Both the position numbers and the translations under genes were made by a program. Below are positions 25,295 through 36,887 of a DNA stretch of 64,000 nucleotides, in pieces (within the stretch, counting starts at the first letter, position 1; each line of letters opens with the position of its first letter). The notes beneath the pieces are model-generated. The model saw only the letters and a program-made list of their open reading frames with translations. It had not been told where the DNA came from and ran no database searches. Source of the DNA: Tubiluchus corallicola (Eukaryota > Animalia > Priapulida); contig JAQGDQ010000092.1 in assembly GCA_030141605.1 (NCBI GenBank), positions 558,001 to 622,000 on the forward strand, read 5' to 3'.

Positions 25295-28200
25295 ATCTCA
25301 GGATGGCGAAAAATTCGCAATATGGTTCATTGGTCACCTTTTATACAGTATTACAAGAAGCAAAAGTATCCATGGGTCCAGCTTGCAGGCCATCAAGGTA
25401 AGTGGAGTCACATGCTCTGTATGATTTCTAATGTGCCTTTTCGGTTTTCGGCAGTAAGATTTTATCTAAATTAATATTTGTAATCATTGATGAAAATTGT
25501 GAAGCAATTTTTGCTTTCGTCTTCATACAGAACCAACACCATATAAATGTACTCGTATGATGCATTAGTTTGTCATAAAATGCAGATATTGCTTATGGCA
25601 TGTCGGATGTAAGAAATATTTGTTCCTAATGATGGACAAAAGTTTTACAGATTTTTAAAAAATTAGTAGATATCGGCAATTTAATTCACTTAAGGCCCAT
25701 GTCAAAGAGAGCCGGACATAATCTGTAAGGCATAAGCTGTAAGTAGAAAAAGCTGCTTTATGGAAAATGAACGTATGCTAACCAATGGTCTCTGTCAGAT
25801 AGATAACCATTTGCCGTTTTCCTTCAACTGCGGTTTGTCTACCATAAGACGTCAGACATAATCCACGGTAGGCTCCTCACAAGCCATTTTGAGCAGTTCA
25901 GAAGGCGCCTTATTATGATATGAATTTGGTATTGAATTTCATTTGTCATAACACATTTTTGGCAATCGCTAATGGATAATTAACACATTTGTGGTTTTTA
26001 GAGTGTACAATTCATTTATATGATAAAAATTCATAATACTGATGTACTAGAAACATTAAGAGGCATCTTAACCCACAACATTTATTTACGACTGCTATAT
26101 TACTACAGTGTACATGAGAAATGTATACTACATGCAGGAGGCAGCATACCAGTGAATCATATTATACAATGTATGCGACTGACAATCTTATTTGAATAAA
26201 ATGATTTGCGAGCATGTTCGTTTTTTCACTTTCGTTATTTAGTTTGCATTTGCGCTTTTTGTTGAACCATATTGCAAGTGGATCCAGTAGTACATGCATT
26301 TTCGACACTTGAATGATTCAGAAAACTGATTTGTGCCTCATGCCACAAATAGATTATGGCAAGACGACTTACTAGTTACACAGAGCAAGGCACATATCGC
26401 GGGTTACGACGTGTTCCTTACAGAAGAAGGAAGACGCCTTATGGCTTATGAATTATGGACTATGGCTTGCTCCTTATGGCTTTCTCTGTGTGACACAAGC
26501 TTATTACTTCTTTTTTTCCTGGATTATTACAGAATTATTTAAGTAATTTAGATTCAGTAATAATATTTTTTAATCTGTAAAAAGTTAATTTGTTCAGAGG
26601 AATGCATCTTGAGATTACATGTACATATTTTTGAACTAGAACTAGAACCAGAGCCATTTGAAATGTCAGCTAACCTTTCATTTTGTGCATTTCAGGTTGT
26701 TTCAAAGCTGGAGACCAGGGCACTATTTTAAAAAAGTACTGCCCAAAAGAAGCAAAATGTTTAGAAAAATTGATGAGCGACATTATGCGACCGTATGTGC
26801 CTCACTTCCAAGGTTCTGTTGACAGAGATGGGGAGAGTATCCTTTACAAGTGCATGTAATTTATTAGAAAAAGATTTTTATTTAAAAAAAAACTTGCTTC
26901 AAGTATACTGGTGTGTAGCAATCTAGTTTCAATGCGGGAAAGATACTTATATTAAGCAGTGGCAAAAGAATAATAGTAATTTAAAGTTCTTTCACAAAGT
27001 GTCTTATTTGGTCCAAATAGCATAAAGTTTTGCGAATACTGCATGCAAATGAGACTTCACGACTTTTGCCATGAATTTTGCAATGATATAGTCTATTATT
27101 GATTATTATTATTAATGTTATTATTATTAAAACTGGCACTTTTCAATCTCAGTGACTAATTTTGTCAGTCAGAAAATCCATTCAGCTTGAAATGCACAAA
27201 AAAGGGAATGCTAGCTCCATATGTCTGGGCAATGGCATAATCGAATGAAGAACATTTTCTGCGGCAGGATATAAAGAAGGCAAGAAATCCCTGCTTTTTG
27301 GCAATCATTTTCTGCATTACTTTTCTCTTTGTCTGTTAGTTAGCATGTAACTTGTAGAGAAGCATTGTAGCTGCTATAAAAATTCGTACAGTTTGTGTTA
27401 GCAATCATATAACATGTGTAGTCTAATAGTCTCATGTATACCCTTAAATTTTTGTGAAGTCATCATTGGTTTAAAATTGTTTTCATAATGATACTGTTCG
27501 GCCCACATTGATGTAATCTGTTTTTGTCAGTCAATCAGTTAACTGGCTAATTATGATTGTACTTTGTTTGCACAAAGAACATTGTCCTTAACGTAAACTG
27601 CAGAATATGTGAAAATGGAGGATTTACTCGCTGGTTTCGATTCACCTTGTGTCATGGATTGCAAGATTGGCGTCCGCACTTACTTAGAAGATGAACTTGC
27701 CAAAGCCCGAGAGAAGCCCAAACTTCGAAAGGTATTGTTTGTTCATCTTGTTCTCAATCTTTTGTTACTTCCTTCATCATATGTTTTGCTTTCGCATTTG
27801 AAAACATACGGCAAGTCCTGCCTGTAGACCTATAATCTTATTGTTAACTGTAACACGTAAAAATCCTATTAAAGTAGGAACGTGTTACAGAGAATTTTCC
27901 ACAGTCAATTTAACACCTAAACACCAAACCAGATGAATATTCATTCCAACTTGAAGATAGTGTTGATACAGTTTAGTATTCGTTTACCAAACTAAAACTG
28001 TGTATTAGTCCAAAATTGGTACATTAGTCAGGTGAAGATGCAAGCGCAGGTTCCAGTTTAGGTTGCTCTAGTCTATTTGATGTAAATAATTCTTGGAAGC
28101 TTCACATACTTATCCCCCATTTTAGGACATGTATGAGAAAATGATTCAAGTGAACCCAGAGGAGCCTACAGAAGAGGAGCATGCACAACAGGGAGTTACC

Positions 28201-31200
28201 AAACCTAGATACATGATCTGGAGGGAAACCATTAGTTCCACAGCAAGTTTGGGGTTCCGAATTGAAGGAATAAAGGTTTGTTGACTTTTTATGTCCTATG
28301 GAGTGCTCAGCATTAGTGCCTCCATTTCTCTTGCTATTTCTTTTATAATGAAAACAGGACAGAAGTTTCATATAAATAAATATGCCCATTTATCACAGGA
28401 AAGCTGTAAAAATTATGCAGTCCTATCTTCATAGTAACATTAATCCTCGACTTTAGCCTCACCTTTTCCTTAGGTCACGTTGTAGCAGCCTCTTAGTGAT
28501 AGAAATCATTTAATCAAAATTGAAAATTTGAACAGGATTAAAATCGCAGGGTTTTCAGGGCCTGTAAGTAGGACTCGGTCATGTGGATTAAACATTTCAA
28601 GTGGGTTCAAATGCTAGTGCATACATTATTTAAGACATTATTGTATTATTAAACAAAACTTATTTGTATTTGTAAACAAAACTTATTTGTATTTGCAGCA
28701 TTCTGCACCTTGTACTCATCAATGCAGGAAGCATGTTATACGTCTTAAAAATTGTTTATAGCTATCTTTGGTAAATTTTACATCAGGGCAAATTATACCG
28801 GTCATATGGATTAAACATTTTAAGTGGGTTCCAATGCTAGTGCACACATTATTTAAGACATTATTGCATTATTAAACAAAACTTATTTGTATTTGCAGCA
28901 TTCTGCACCTTATACTCATCAACGCAGAAAGCAGGTTATATGTCTTAAAAATTGGTTGTAGCTATCTTCGATAAATTTTACATTAGGGCAAATTATACAA
29001 CAAAGCATTGGTATTTTAACTGCATAAAATGGTGGGTAACTGTGAACTGCCAGAACACTGATTGATTAAATGTGCAGCTTATTATGTGCTTGCCATTTTA
29101 TCCATGTTAAAATGTAATGTGGTGTATGCTGTAGTGTATAGGCAGTTTTTCATCTGGGATTTAATTTGCATAGCCAGTTTAGTTTTTATCTGCTTAATTA
29201 GTATTATAATTATGCTTGCCAATAGTTTCTTAATTTGTTTTTCAATTTTGATTTCAGTGTATTTTTATGTACAGTCACCCTCGGATATAAGGAACACCTT
29301 GGGACCGGAAAAAACCGTCCCTTATATCAGATGTCCCTTATAGCCGAAGTTGAGTCAGAACGAGGATGTATCTAGACCTATACTTTTCTGTACTTTTACT
29401 CATATTTTTATGGATTATTGCTACACTGTACTTTTACTCATATTTTTATGGATTATTGCTACACATTCAGGGCAAACGGTATGTAGGAAGCTCCTTCAGT
29501 GATGCGAGATGTATGTGACCGCGGAAACCGAGCTGTTCGAAGGCCGAGTTTGCGAAAAATTGAGGTTAAAAATCGATCAATTTCGCTTTAATCATAGGGT
29601 CCCTTATATGCGAGATAATTTACCTGGGTTTCTATTATGCGGGACCTGAAGATATCGTCGCTTATAACCGAAAGTTCTTTATGTCCGAGTATATTATATA
29701 TGAAGATTTTTACATAGGAAAAATGTTACGAAAAATCGGGACTTGTGTTGGTGGTATAAGCGAGTGTCCCTTATAAACGAGTACCTCATACCCGAGGTTG
29801 ACTGTATATGGCTTTGGGAGACCGGGTTGGTTTAATTAGCGGTGGTGGGTTACTCCAATGTTATTAGAAAACCCAAAATAAGTACATTTCTCTGCTTGTA
29901 GGTAAAACTTATTATCTATAGTTTGGTTTTTGTAAAACCATACTAATTAAACACCCTAAGTGACATTCGGATCTGTGACATTGTAAAATATTCCGTTCTG
30001 AGTGTATTACTCAGTTCTCAACATACATTGTTATAGATTATTGAATGTGATTGTGAGTGCTGTTCAGAGGTGGAATAAAATTTTCTTAAGGACTACTTCA
30101 AATGTCATTACAAAAATTATAATGGTTTTTCATCTCGATATCTTAGTACCATTGGCGAGATTTTTCTGTGGTAACTAGTCACTTGACGTTTGTTTGTTTG
30201 TTTATTCCAGAGAGCCGATGGCTCATCAACGAAAGACTTCAAAACAACCAAAACCAGAGAACAGGTTACGCAAGCCTTTAAGGATTTTATTGGCACAAAC
30301 AATGAGATTACAGTGAGTCATAGAAACTGGGTAGTTAAACAGTTAGTGATTCGTATACTGATACTGATTTTGAGTTATTAAATGAATCTTTGACTATTAT
30401 GGTATATCCATGCAACGAGTTCAAATTTTCTCAAAAAACGTTAGTTTAACTATGGTATGAGTCATATAACCAAAGAAGTTGATTATTGTAGCAACTAGTT
30501 AAAGTCCGTCTTAGTAAGGGCTGTCCAGCAAGCCATTAATGCAGTTTGTGTGACCAGTTTAGAATCAGCGTGCATTGATAGAATTAATATCGAAATTCTT
30601 GTCAAGATGCTGAATTTATGATTTCCTGATCTTCTATGTTAGTTGATAAAATATTTATTTTTATAGAATTTTTATTACTTAAAAATTTTAATCGAAACTT
30701 TGATAAAGATACATTTGTTGCTAAACACTTTCCTAACAATAAAAAATTTTCTTTACAGAAAAAATACATTAGAAGATTAAGAATTTTTATTACTTAAAAT
30801 TTTGATTGAAACTTTGGTAATGATCTTAACCACAAAAAATTTTCTTTACAGAAAAAATACATTAGAAGATTAAGAGCTATTCGAACCACATGCGAAAATT
30901 CCCCATTTTTCCAACATCATGAGGTAAGAACAAAGCGTATTGTATTTAGTACGTTTCGGTTAAGTATTAATTTATTAGTAATGTAAAATGTTGTATATTT
31001 TGCTACAGAAATAAGTGTATGCCATACCAACATTTAATTGTTAATTGTTGATTCTGTTAACTAATGTGATATTAATCAATTTGTTATTGAATAATGCCAT
31101 CTCATTTGTTTTAAAATGATCACATTATCAGTAACATGAAAAATAAATTTTAAGAAAAATTTATATGTGCATATGTAAAACCTGCAATAAGTGCATTACT

Positions 31201-31953
31201 GTTAGTTCTTCGATTCTTTTCGTTTCTCATTTAATTTTGTTTATTGTGTTATTGTGTATTTTACCAGTAAGCTGTATCAGTATTGCACTTTGTATAATCT
31301 TAGCCTTTTTTATCATTTTATTGTTTACAGCTAATGTCTTTTAATTGTCTTTTTATTATAAATGAAATTTTATCCAGTTTTTTAACTGAAATTTTTGTAT
31401 GACAATGAACCTTTATTTATCTATTTATCTTTGCCTAGCTGCTTGTATCCTGTTGGTGACTGACTGTTAACTGCGTTGGTAATTTGATATCTGCTGTGTG
31501 AGATTCATTTTGCTTTGACTTATATTTAGCAACTTTTTGCATGACACCATTCTTTAAACACAATCGAATCCTTTGTTAATTTTACCTACTTAAACACTAC
31601 GCTGTGCTCAGCACATACTTTACCAAAATGACTAACATACACAGTAATTTTTATCTCCAGTTATTTGTATTGATTATCTTTTTGTGATTAATGTTTTCAA
31701 GATGTTTATTTATTCTTTCCAGTTAATTGGTTCCTCACTCCTGTTCGTCCATGATCATACAGCCCTGGCAAATGTGTGGGTGATCGACTTTGGCAAGACC
31801 TTGCCCATTCCACCGGGCACATCCATTACTCACAGAGACCCCTGGATTGAGGGCAACCATGAAGACGGGTATTTGTTTGGGGTTGAAAATATACTAGACA
31901 TTTTGCAGTCAATATCGTCAGAATCAAACGCCAAGACAAAGTTGGAGTCTTAG
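25295..31953 (+). CDS. ITPK: Inositol-trisphosphate 3-kinase (ITPK/IP3K2-like), shared catalytic core, 7 exons (~308 aa)
   Basis: Exons 25295-25397, 26696-26836, 27604-27731, 28126-28275, 30211-30312, 30852-30923 and 31723-31953 join in frame with GT..AG ends. Motifs: CaM-binding [28 protein letters not shown] (PxxxDxKxG inositol-binding), [22 protein letters not shown] and GNHEDGYL. Stop TAG ends at 31953. Confidence 0.96.
26837..27603 (+). other. U12-type (minor spliceosome) GT-AG intron in ITPK
   Basis: 5' site GTATCCTTT, branch TCCTTAAC at 27585-27592 (11 nt before the 3' end CAG), no polypyrimidine tract. Removal restores the frame ([12 protein letters not shown]). Confidence 0.93.
28576..28998. 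repeat. Direct tandem duplication, 2 x ~200-220 bp (intronic)
   Basis: CGGTCATxTGGATTAAACATTT...GGGCAAATTATAC starts at 28576 and again at 28799. Confidence 0.9.
29272..29804. mobile_element. Tc1/mariner-pogo (Tigger-like) MITE in an ITPK intron
   Basis: TA|CAGTCACCCTCGGATATAAGG ... CCTCATACCCGAGGTTGACTG|TA gives a ~24-bp imperfect TIR with TA TSD. Repeated CCCTTATA subterminal motifs. Confidence 0.88.
30665..30875 (+). repeat. Tandem duplication spanning an ITPK 3' splice site
   Basis: GAATTTTTATTACTTAAAA...AAAAAATTTTCTTTACAGAAAAAATACATTAGAAGATTAAGA occurs twice, giving AG acceptors at 30758 and 30851. Confidence 0.9.
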
Positions 31954-33835
31954 GATAATGCTACAGCATGGATGAAAGTATGAGATTGTGTCAGTAGGCA
32001 ATTAATGCAGTCTTGATACCCCAAGACTGTGCGATAAGCTAAGTTCCATGAAATGTGATTTATGCATATTTGGCTGGTAGTGCAGCATTGTGCTGAATTT
32101 ATAATTACTGTAGTCTTAAAGGCTATTTCTATACACTGACTGCGCTGCCATAATGGAAAATTGTAGCTTTCGTTGCATTACAGTGACTGTAAAGAGAACG
32201 GTTGTTGTTTTCATTTACCTCTGTGCCACTCGAATACGTCTTTTTTACTAAACTGTTCTACCTTATTTTCATATTGATACATTTTATATTTTTGAAAATC
32301 AATATTAACTAGTTGACAATGTTTCTGGTGTGGTCAGATTTTGCTGAATGGTTATGCTCAATTAGTGTAACTGATTTCAAAAATAACTGTGGACTATGTC
32401 CTCTACATATTTGTTAACTTGGCCATTTTACATCGGGGTTTTATAGTTGGCATAGTGTACTTTTTATCACAAAAATATGTTTAACAGACAAACTTGTACT
32501 ATTATTGATGAAGTATTTGTTTGCCCAAACAACGTTTATGGTCTTTATAACAGTTAGTCTCTTTCTAAGTAACTGATTACGGAATTACTGAGTTTGATCT
32601 ATGTGCAAATTGCGGAGGCTGCCTTAGGCATCTGATAGAAATGTGTAGATGGTTCAATTTGCTTGAGACTTGTCATTACATCTTCAGATATTTACCAGTT
32701 TTTCTAGGTATGTATAAATATTGCACTAATATTTGCTTTTTAGGACAAGCACTGAACCAGTATATCCTTTTTACATGTGTTACATTTTTGCACCTTTATT
32801 AGTCGTTTTGTCGTGGGCTGTTGTTGTTTAATTACAATATTACTTTATCACTAGTTTTATAATGTGCCTTACTATCATCATCATTGTCTATAATGTGTTT
32901 TGGTAAGTATAATGTTGAATATGAATAGTGAAGACAGTAGTAAGTATTGTCAATAATGAACACATTAACTTGTCTTGAACTCATGGCTTGTGTAGATTTG
33001 GGACGCTATTTCTTTTGTTTAGTTGTCTCACTTTAGCTATTTTATATTATTATTACTTAAAAGTTAAGTAATGAGGTTTAACACTTTGTAAATCAAAATT
33101 GTTTTTTTAATAAATCAATTTTAAAATGTATATTGATTAACAGCAGTTTATTGATTAACATGCTCTAGTAAATGTTATTAAATTAGCGAGGTGGGTCACT
33201 GAGCATTTTTGCATTAATAATAGTGTTTTTTGTAATGAAAAAGTTATTCATTGGAATTTATAATTTTGATTTGGTGAAGAATTTAATGTTAAGTTGTTGC
33301 ATGCAATGTCTTCTTTTACTGATGATTTTTTTTTGTACAAATCAGTACCTGCCAGCTGTAGATTTTATCACCTCAATTGTGACTTTAAATATACAAGTTG
33401 TAGTGGTTAAGGTTCTTGTCTCGTGCCAGTTGTATGCTCATTATGTTGCACATCAGAAATAATGATGATAATCTTTGTAATGTATTATATTTAAAATGTT
33501 TTTGTTACATTCTGCAATAAAAGATTATCCAATTTTATTCAAGAGATTTCTGTCTTGTAACCTTTATATTTTTAACCTGAACATAAACTATCAATCTTTA
33601 ATTGGCGATAATTTTGTGGGAAAAAATATGTTTCTATTGCTGTGCTGCTTGACCCCTGATCATGATTCGTGGCTCTATTATAATAACAAAGCGGAATTTA
33701 CGTAGCATCCGAATGCGTTTTGAGGGGTGCGGAATAGATAAAATCGGTTTATAGTGTTTCAATGCCGTATGTGTTCCTCTTTTTCTGTAGCTATTCTTAT
33801 TGATTATTTTCCGTATGTGGAAAACCCATCCTGAT

Positions 33836-34177
33836 TAAGGGTGAGCATCGAACGTTCGAACTCCACTGGAACTTAAAATTATAGATTTGAATAATTCAGC
33901 ACTTTAGCCCCTTCTTTATCATTAAAATGTTTTAAACGGCTTAAATTAGCACAATTTAGCTGCAATTTCAGTGCAAAATTTTTAGCAAACTATTAATGGT
34001 TTTAATGCAGAACAAAATGAAGTAATATACATGATTTTTTGTAAGACCACTTTACTAGTGGTTCGAAAATCCTTCAAACTCATTTCGGGTCCGAAATACT
34101 GAAATTGGGTGCGATTCGAATTCGAAAGTCACAGATTCGATTCGAATTCGCTTTCTGCTAGAGAATGCTCATCCCTA
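33836..34177. mobile_element. hAT-family MITE
   Basis: Perfect 8-bp TSD ATCCTGAT (33828-33835 and 34178-34185). TIRs TAAGGGTGAGCAT / ATGCTCATCCCTA, with internal TTCGA subterminal repeats. Confidence 0.85.
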
Positions 34178-34240
34178 ATCCTGATGCTACATAAACGCCA
34201 CTTTAGCGATGTCTAAGTGTCGCAGAATAGTGGGCTTTAA

Positions 34241-36887
34241 CCCTTCGCCGACCAAGCCGGGGTAAAAAATTACGCCAAGATTGTTTGCTCACATTCTTTA
34301 TATTAATGCACATAACGAAAAATTTTCAAACTAGTATTGATGGTTTTGTTGAAAAGTATTATTCATGCTTTTTTACATAGCATGGGTATCAGATACTACC
34401 TGATATGGGGTAACTTATTAGCCCCCTTGGTCTTTTATGTAGACAAAATTTTTGAATTTACTTTGCAGTATTTTTCTTTCCGGCAGCACATTGTGTTTAT
34501 TTTTAAAACTGAGAAGTGCTGCAAACCTCCAATTCGGCCTACAGTTTGCAAAGTGATTTTTCTAGTAATCTGTTGAGGAATTTCACATTAAAGTTTGTGG
34601 ACATTCTTCATTAATTCTAGTAATATGACGAGGACTTCAGCTGTACAGGTGACTGAGCTTGAAGCTGATGACTATGAAGCTGGTAAGGACAAAATGTTAC
34701 CTAAAGTCGTAATAGACACCATTGACTACATCTCTAAACCTTTGCAATATTTAATTAATTTATGTTTTCTTACAGGTGAAATACCAACGAAATTGAAAGA
34801 ATCAATTATTGTTCCTTTGTTTAAATCAGATGATCCCATGTCTCTGAACAATTATAGACCAGTGTCCTTATTGCCTTTTATATCAAAAATATTAGAAAAA
34901 GTTTTTTACAATCAGTTATCTCATTATTTAATAAAAAAAAAGAATTCTGAGTAATAAACAATTTGGTTTCAGAAAAGGTAGCTCCACTGAAATGGCCTTA
35001 ACAAAAATTATAGAAAATATCATTAATACTGTTGAAAAAAATGGCACATCCTACGGAGTATTTTGCGACCTATCAAAAGCATTTGATACAGTAAACCATG
35101 ACATTCTGCTAAATAAGTTGTACTATTACGGTATCAGAGGTTTGCCTCATATGTGGCTAAAGAATTATTTAACAGGGTGCACTCAGACAGTAAAATATAA
35201 TAACGCTTTTTCAGATGTAGCACCAATCAAATATGGCATCCCCCAAGGCTCAGTCCTTGGGCCACTACTTTTTCTAATTTATATTAATGACATCAAATTT
35301 TGTGTTAAAAATCACAATTTATTTCAGTTTGCTGATGATACAAGCATTTTTTTAGCTTTCATAAAATAGAAACCAATATTGACTACATAAATACAGTTGT
35401 ACATGATCTAGCTATATGGTTCAAAACAAATAAACTTTCACTAAAATCATCAAAAACAAAATACATTCAATTTAGATCCCGAAATAAACCAATTCAGGCG
35501 AACAACGATTTAATAATAGGCCACAAAAGAATTACACGTGTAAAAGAACTGAAATTTCTGGGATTAATACTGAATGAGCATCTAGACTGGCGACCACATA
35601 TATTCATGACCAGATTGAAAATATAAAAAAATATAGGTATCATCTCATATAATAAAAACTTTCTGAACACCGAACATCTTCTAACATTATACAGCAGTTT
35701 AATATTATCATATTTAAATAACTGCACAACATTATGGGGCTTTACTTATACTACAAATTTAGAATGCTTAAGAGTTTTACAACGAAAATTTTTACCTGTC
35801 ATCTTCAAACTAGACAAAAGGAGGACAATTACTACTACACATTTTAAGCAATGTCAGATATTACTTCTGGATGATGTTATTAATTTTAATGGATGTATAT
35901 ACATGTATAGAACCAACAACAACTTATTTCCAACTTTTTTTGAAAATCCAGTCAAGATAAATGTAAAACAATACAATACCAGACATAATGAATATATACC
36001 AAGACGTTGTAGAACAAATATGGCGAAACACTTCATTAGCTATATGGGACCAGTCCTATGGAACAGACTAAGCCGCAATTCGAAATGTGGTCACTCCCTT
36101 TTAACAAAACCGTCAGAAAAGAAATATTTCAAAAGTATTAAGAGTAACACAATTTGATAATGGTAATAACCTGCATTTTTTTCCACAGTAATCTTAATAT
36201 AACGTGACTATGCTCAACAGGTTACTGAACACTTTGTAACCATGATCACAGTTTTTCTTAATTCTCGCTCCATTTCATCTTTCATTCATTACTCCCCCCC
36301 CATTTTTTTTTAAGATTTCCACGTACAGTTTGGCCTGTCAAGCTATGCTTTTAGGCTCAAACTGTATGCATCAAAATTATTCTGTAATGAAATTTGCACA
36401 CGTATATCCGCATTTTGTAATTTCTCGATAATACTGCATTTATTCATATTTATAGTTATTTAAATGGATAATTATCTGTATTTTAATGATAATTGTAAGA
36501 TGCAATGTGGAAATGAATAAACTCTTGAACTCTTGAAAATTTTTTTTAAAAGATCCAGCAAGTGAAGACGAAGTGGTTGTCTTAGAATTAAACAGTAAAC
36601 ATCGTTACTAGTTCATTATAAAACTTTTCGCAAGACTTGAAAAACTAAGCATAAATAATATAGCATAAACAATATGGCCCAATGGTGGAAGGCCTCTTTT
36701 TATTCTTGCTGCCCTCATACACTTATGCCAACTTACCACAGAACTTGGTTTTGTATTAATAGGAACACATCAATTACCAGTTGGTCATTCTGTCCAGTTA
36801 GTAAAGCATATTAAGTAAAGCCTTCATGGGGTAATTTTTACCACGCTTGGTCTTCATTGAAAAATAAAAACCTGGCTCGGCTAAGGG
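34241..36887. mobile_element. Non-autonomous piggyBac-type element interrupted by the LINE
   Basis: TTAA|CCCTTCGCCGA at 34237 and TCGGCTAAGGG|TTAA at 36888. Sub-terminal inverted repeat GACCAAGCCGGGGTAAAAAATTAC versus GTAATTTTTACCACGCTTGGTC. Confidence 0.75.
34688..36536 (+). mobile_element. 5'-truncated, degenerate CR1/L2-clade LINE (reverse transcriptase pseudogene plus 3' UTR)
   Basis: RT motifs NYRPVSLLP, QFGFRKG, DLSKAFDTV, GIPQGSVLGPLLF and FADD, spread across frameshifted ORFs. 3' UTR hairpin at 36324-36366, then AATAAA and an (ACTCTTGA)2 tail. The 5' boundary is approximate. Confidence 0.9.

Noticed and set aside
32762-32770. ATATCCTTT AT-AC donor-like motif in the ITPK 3' UTR
   Set aside because: No convincing downstream CCTTAAC...AC acceptor was seen.
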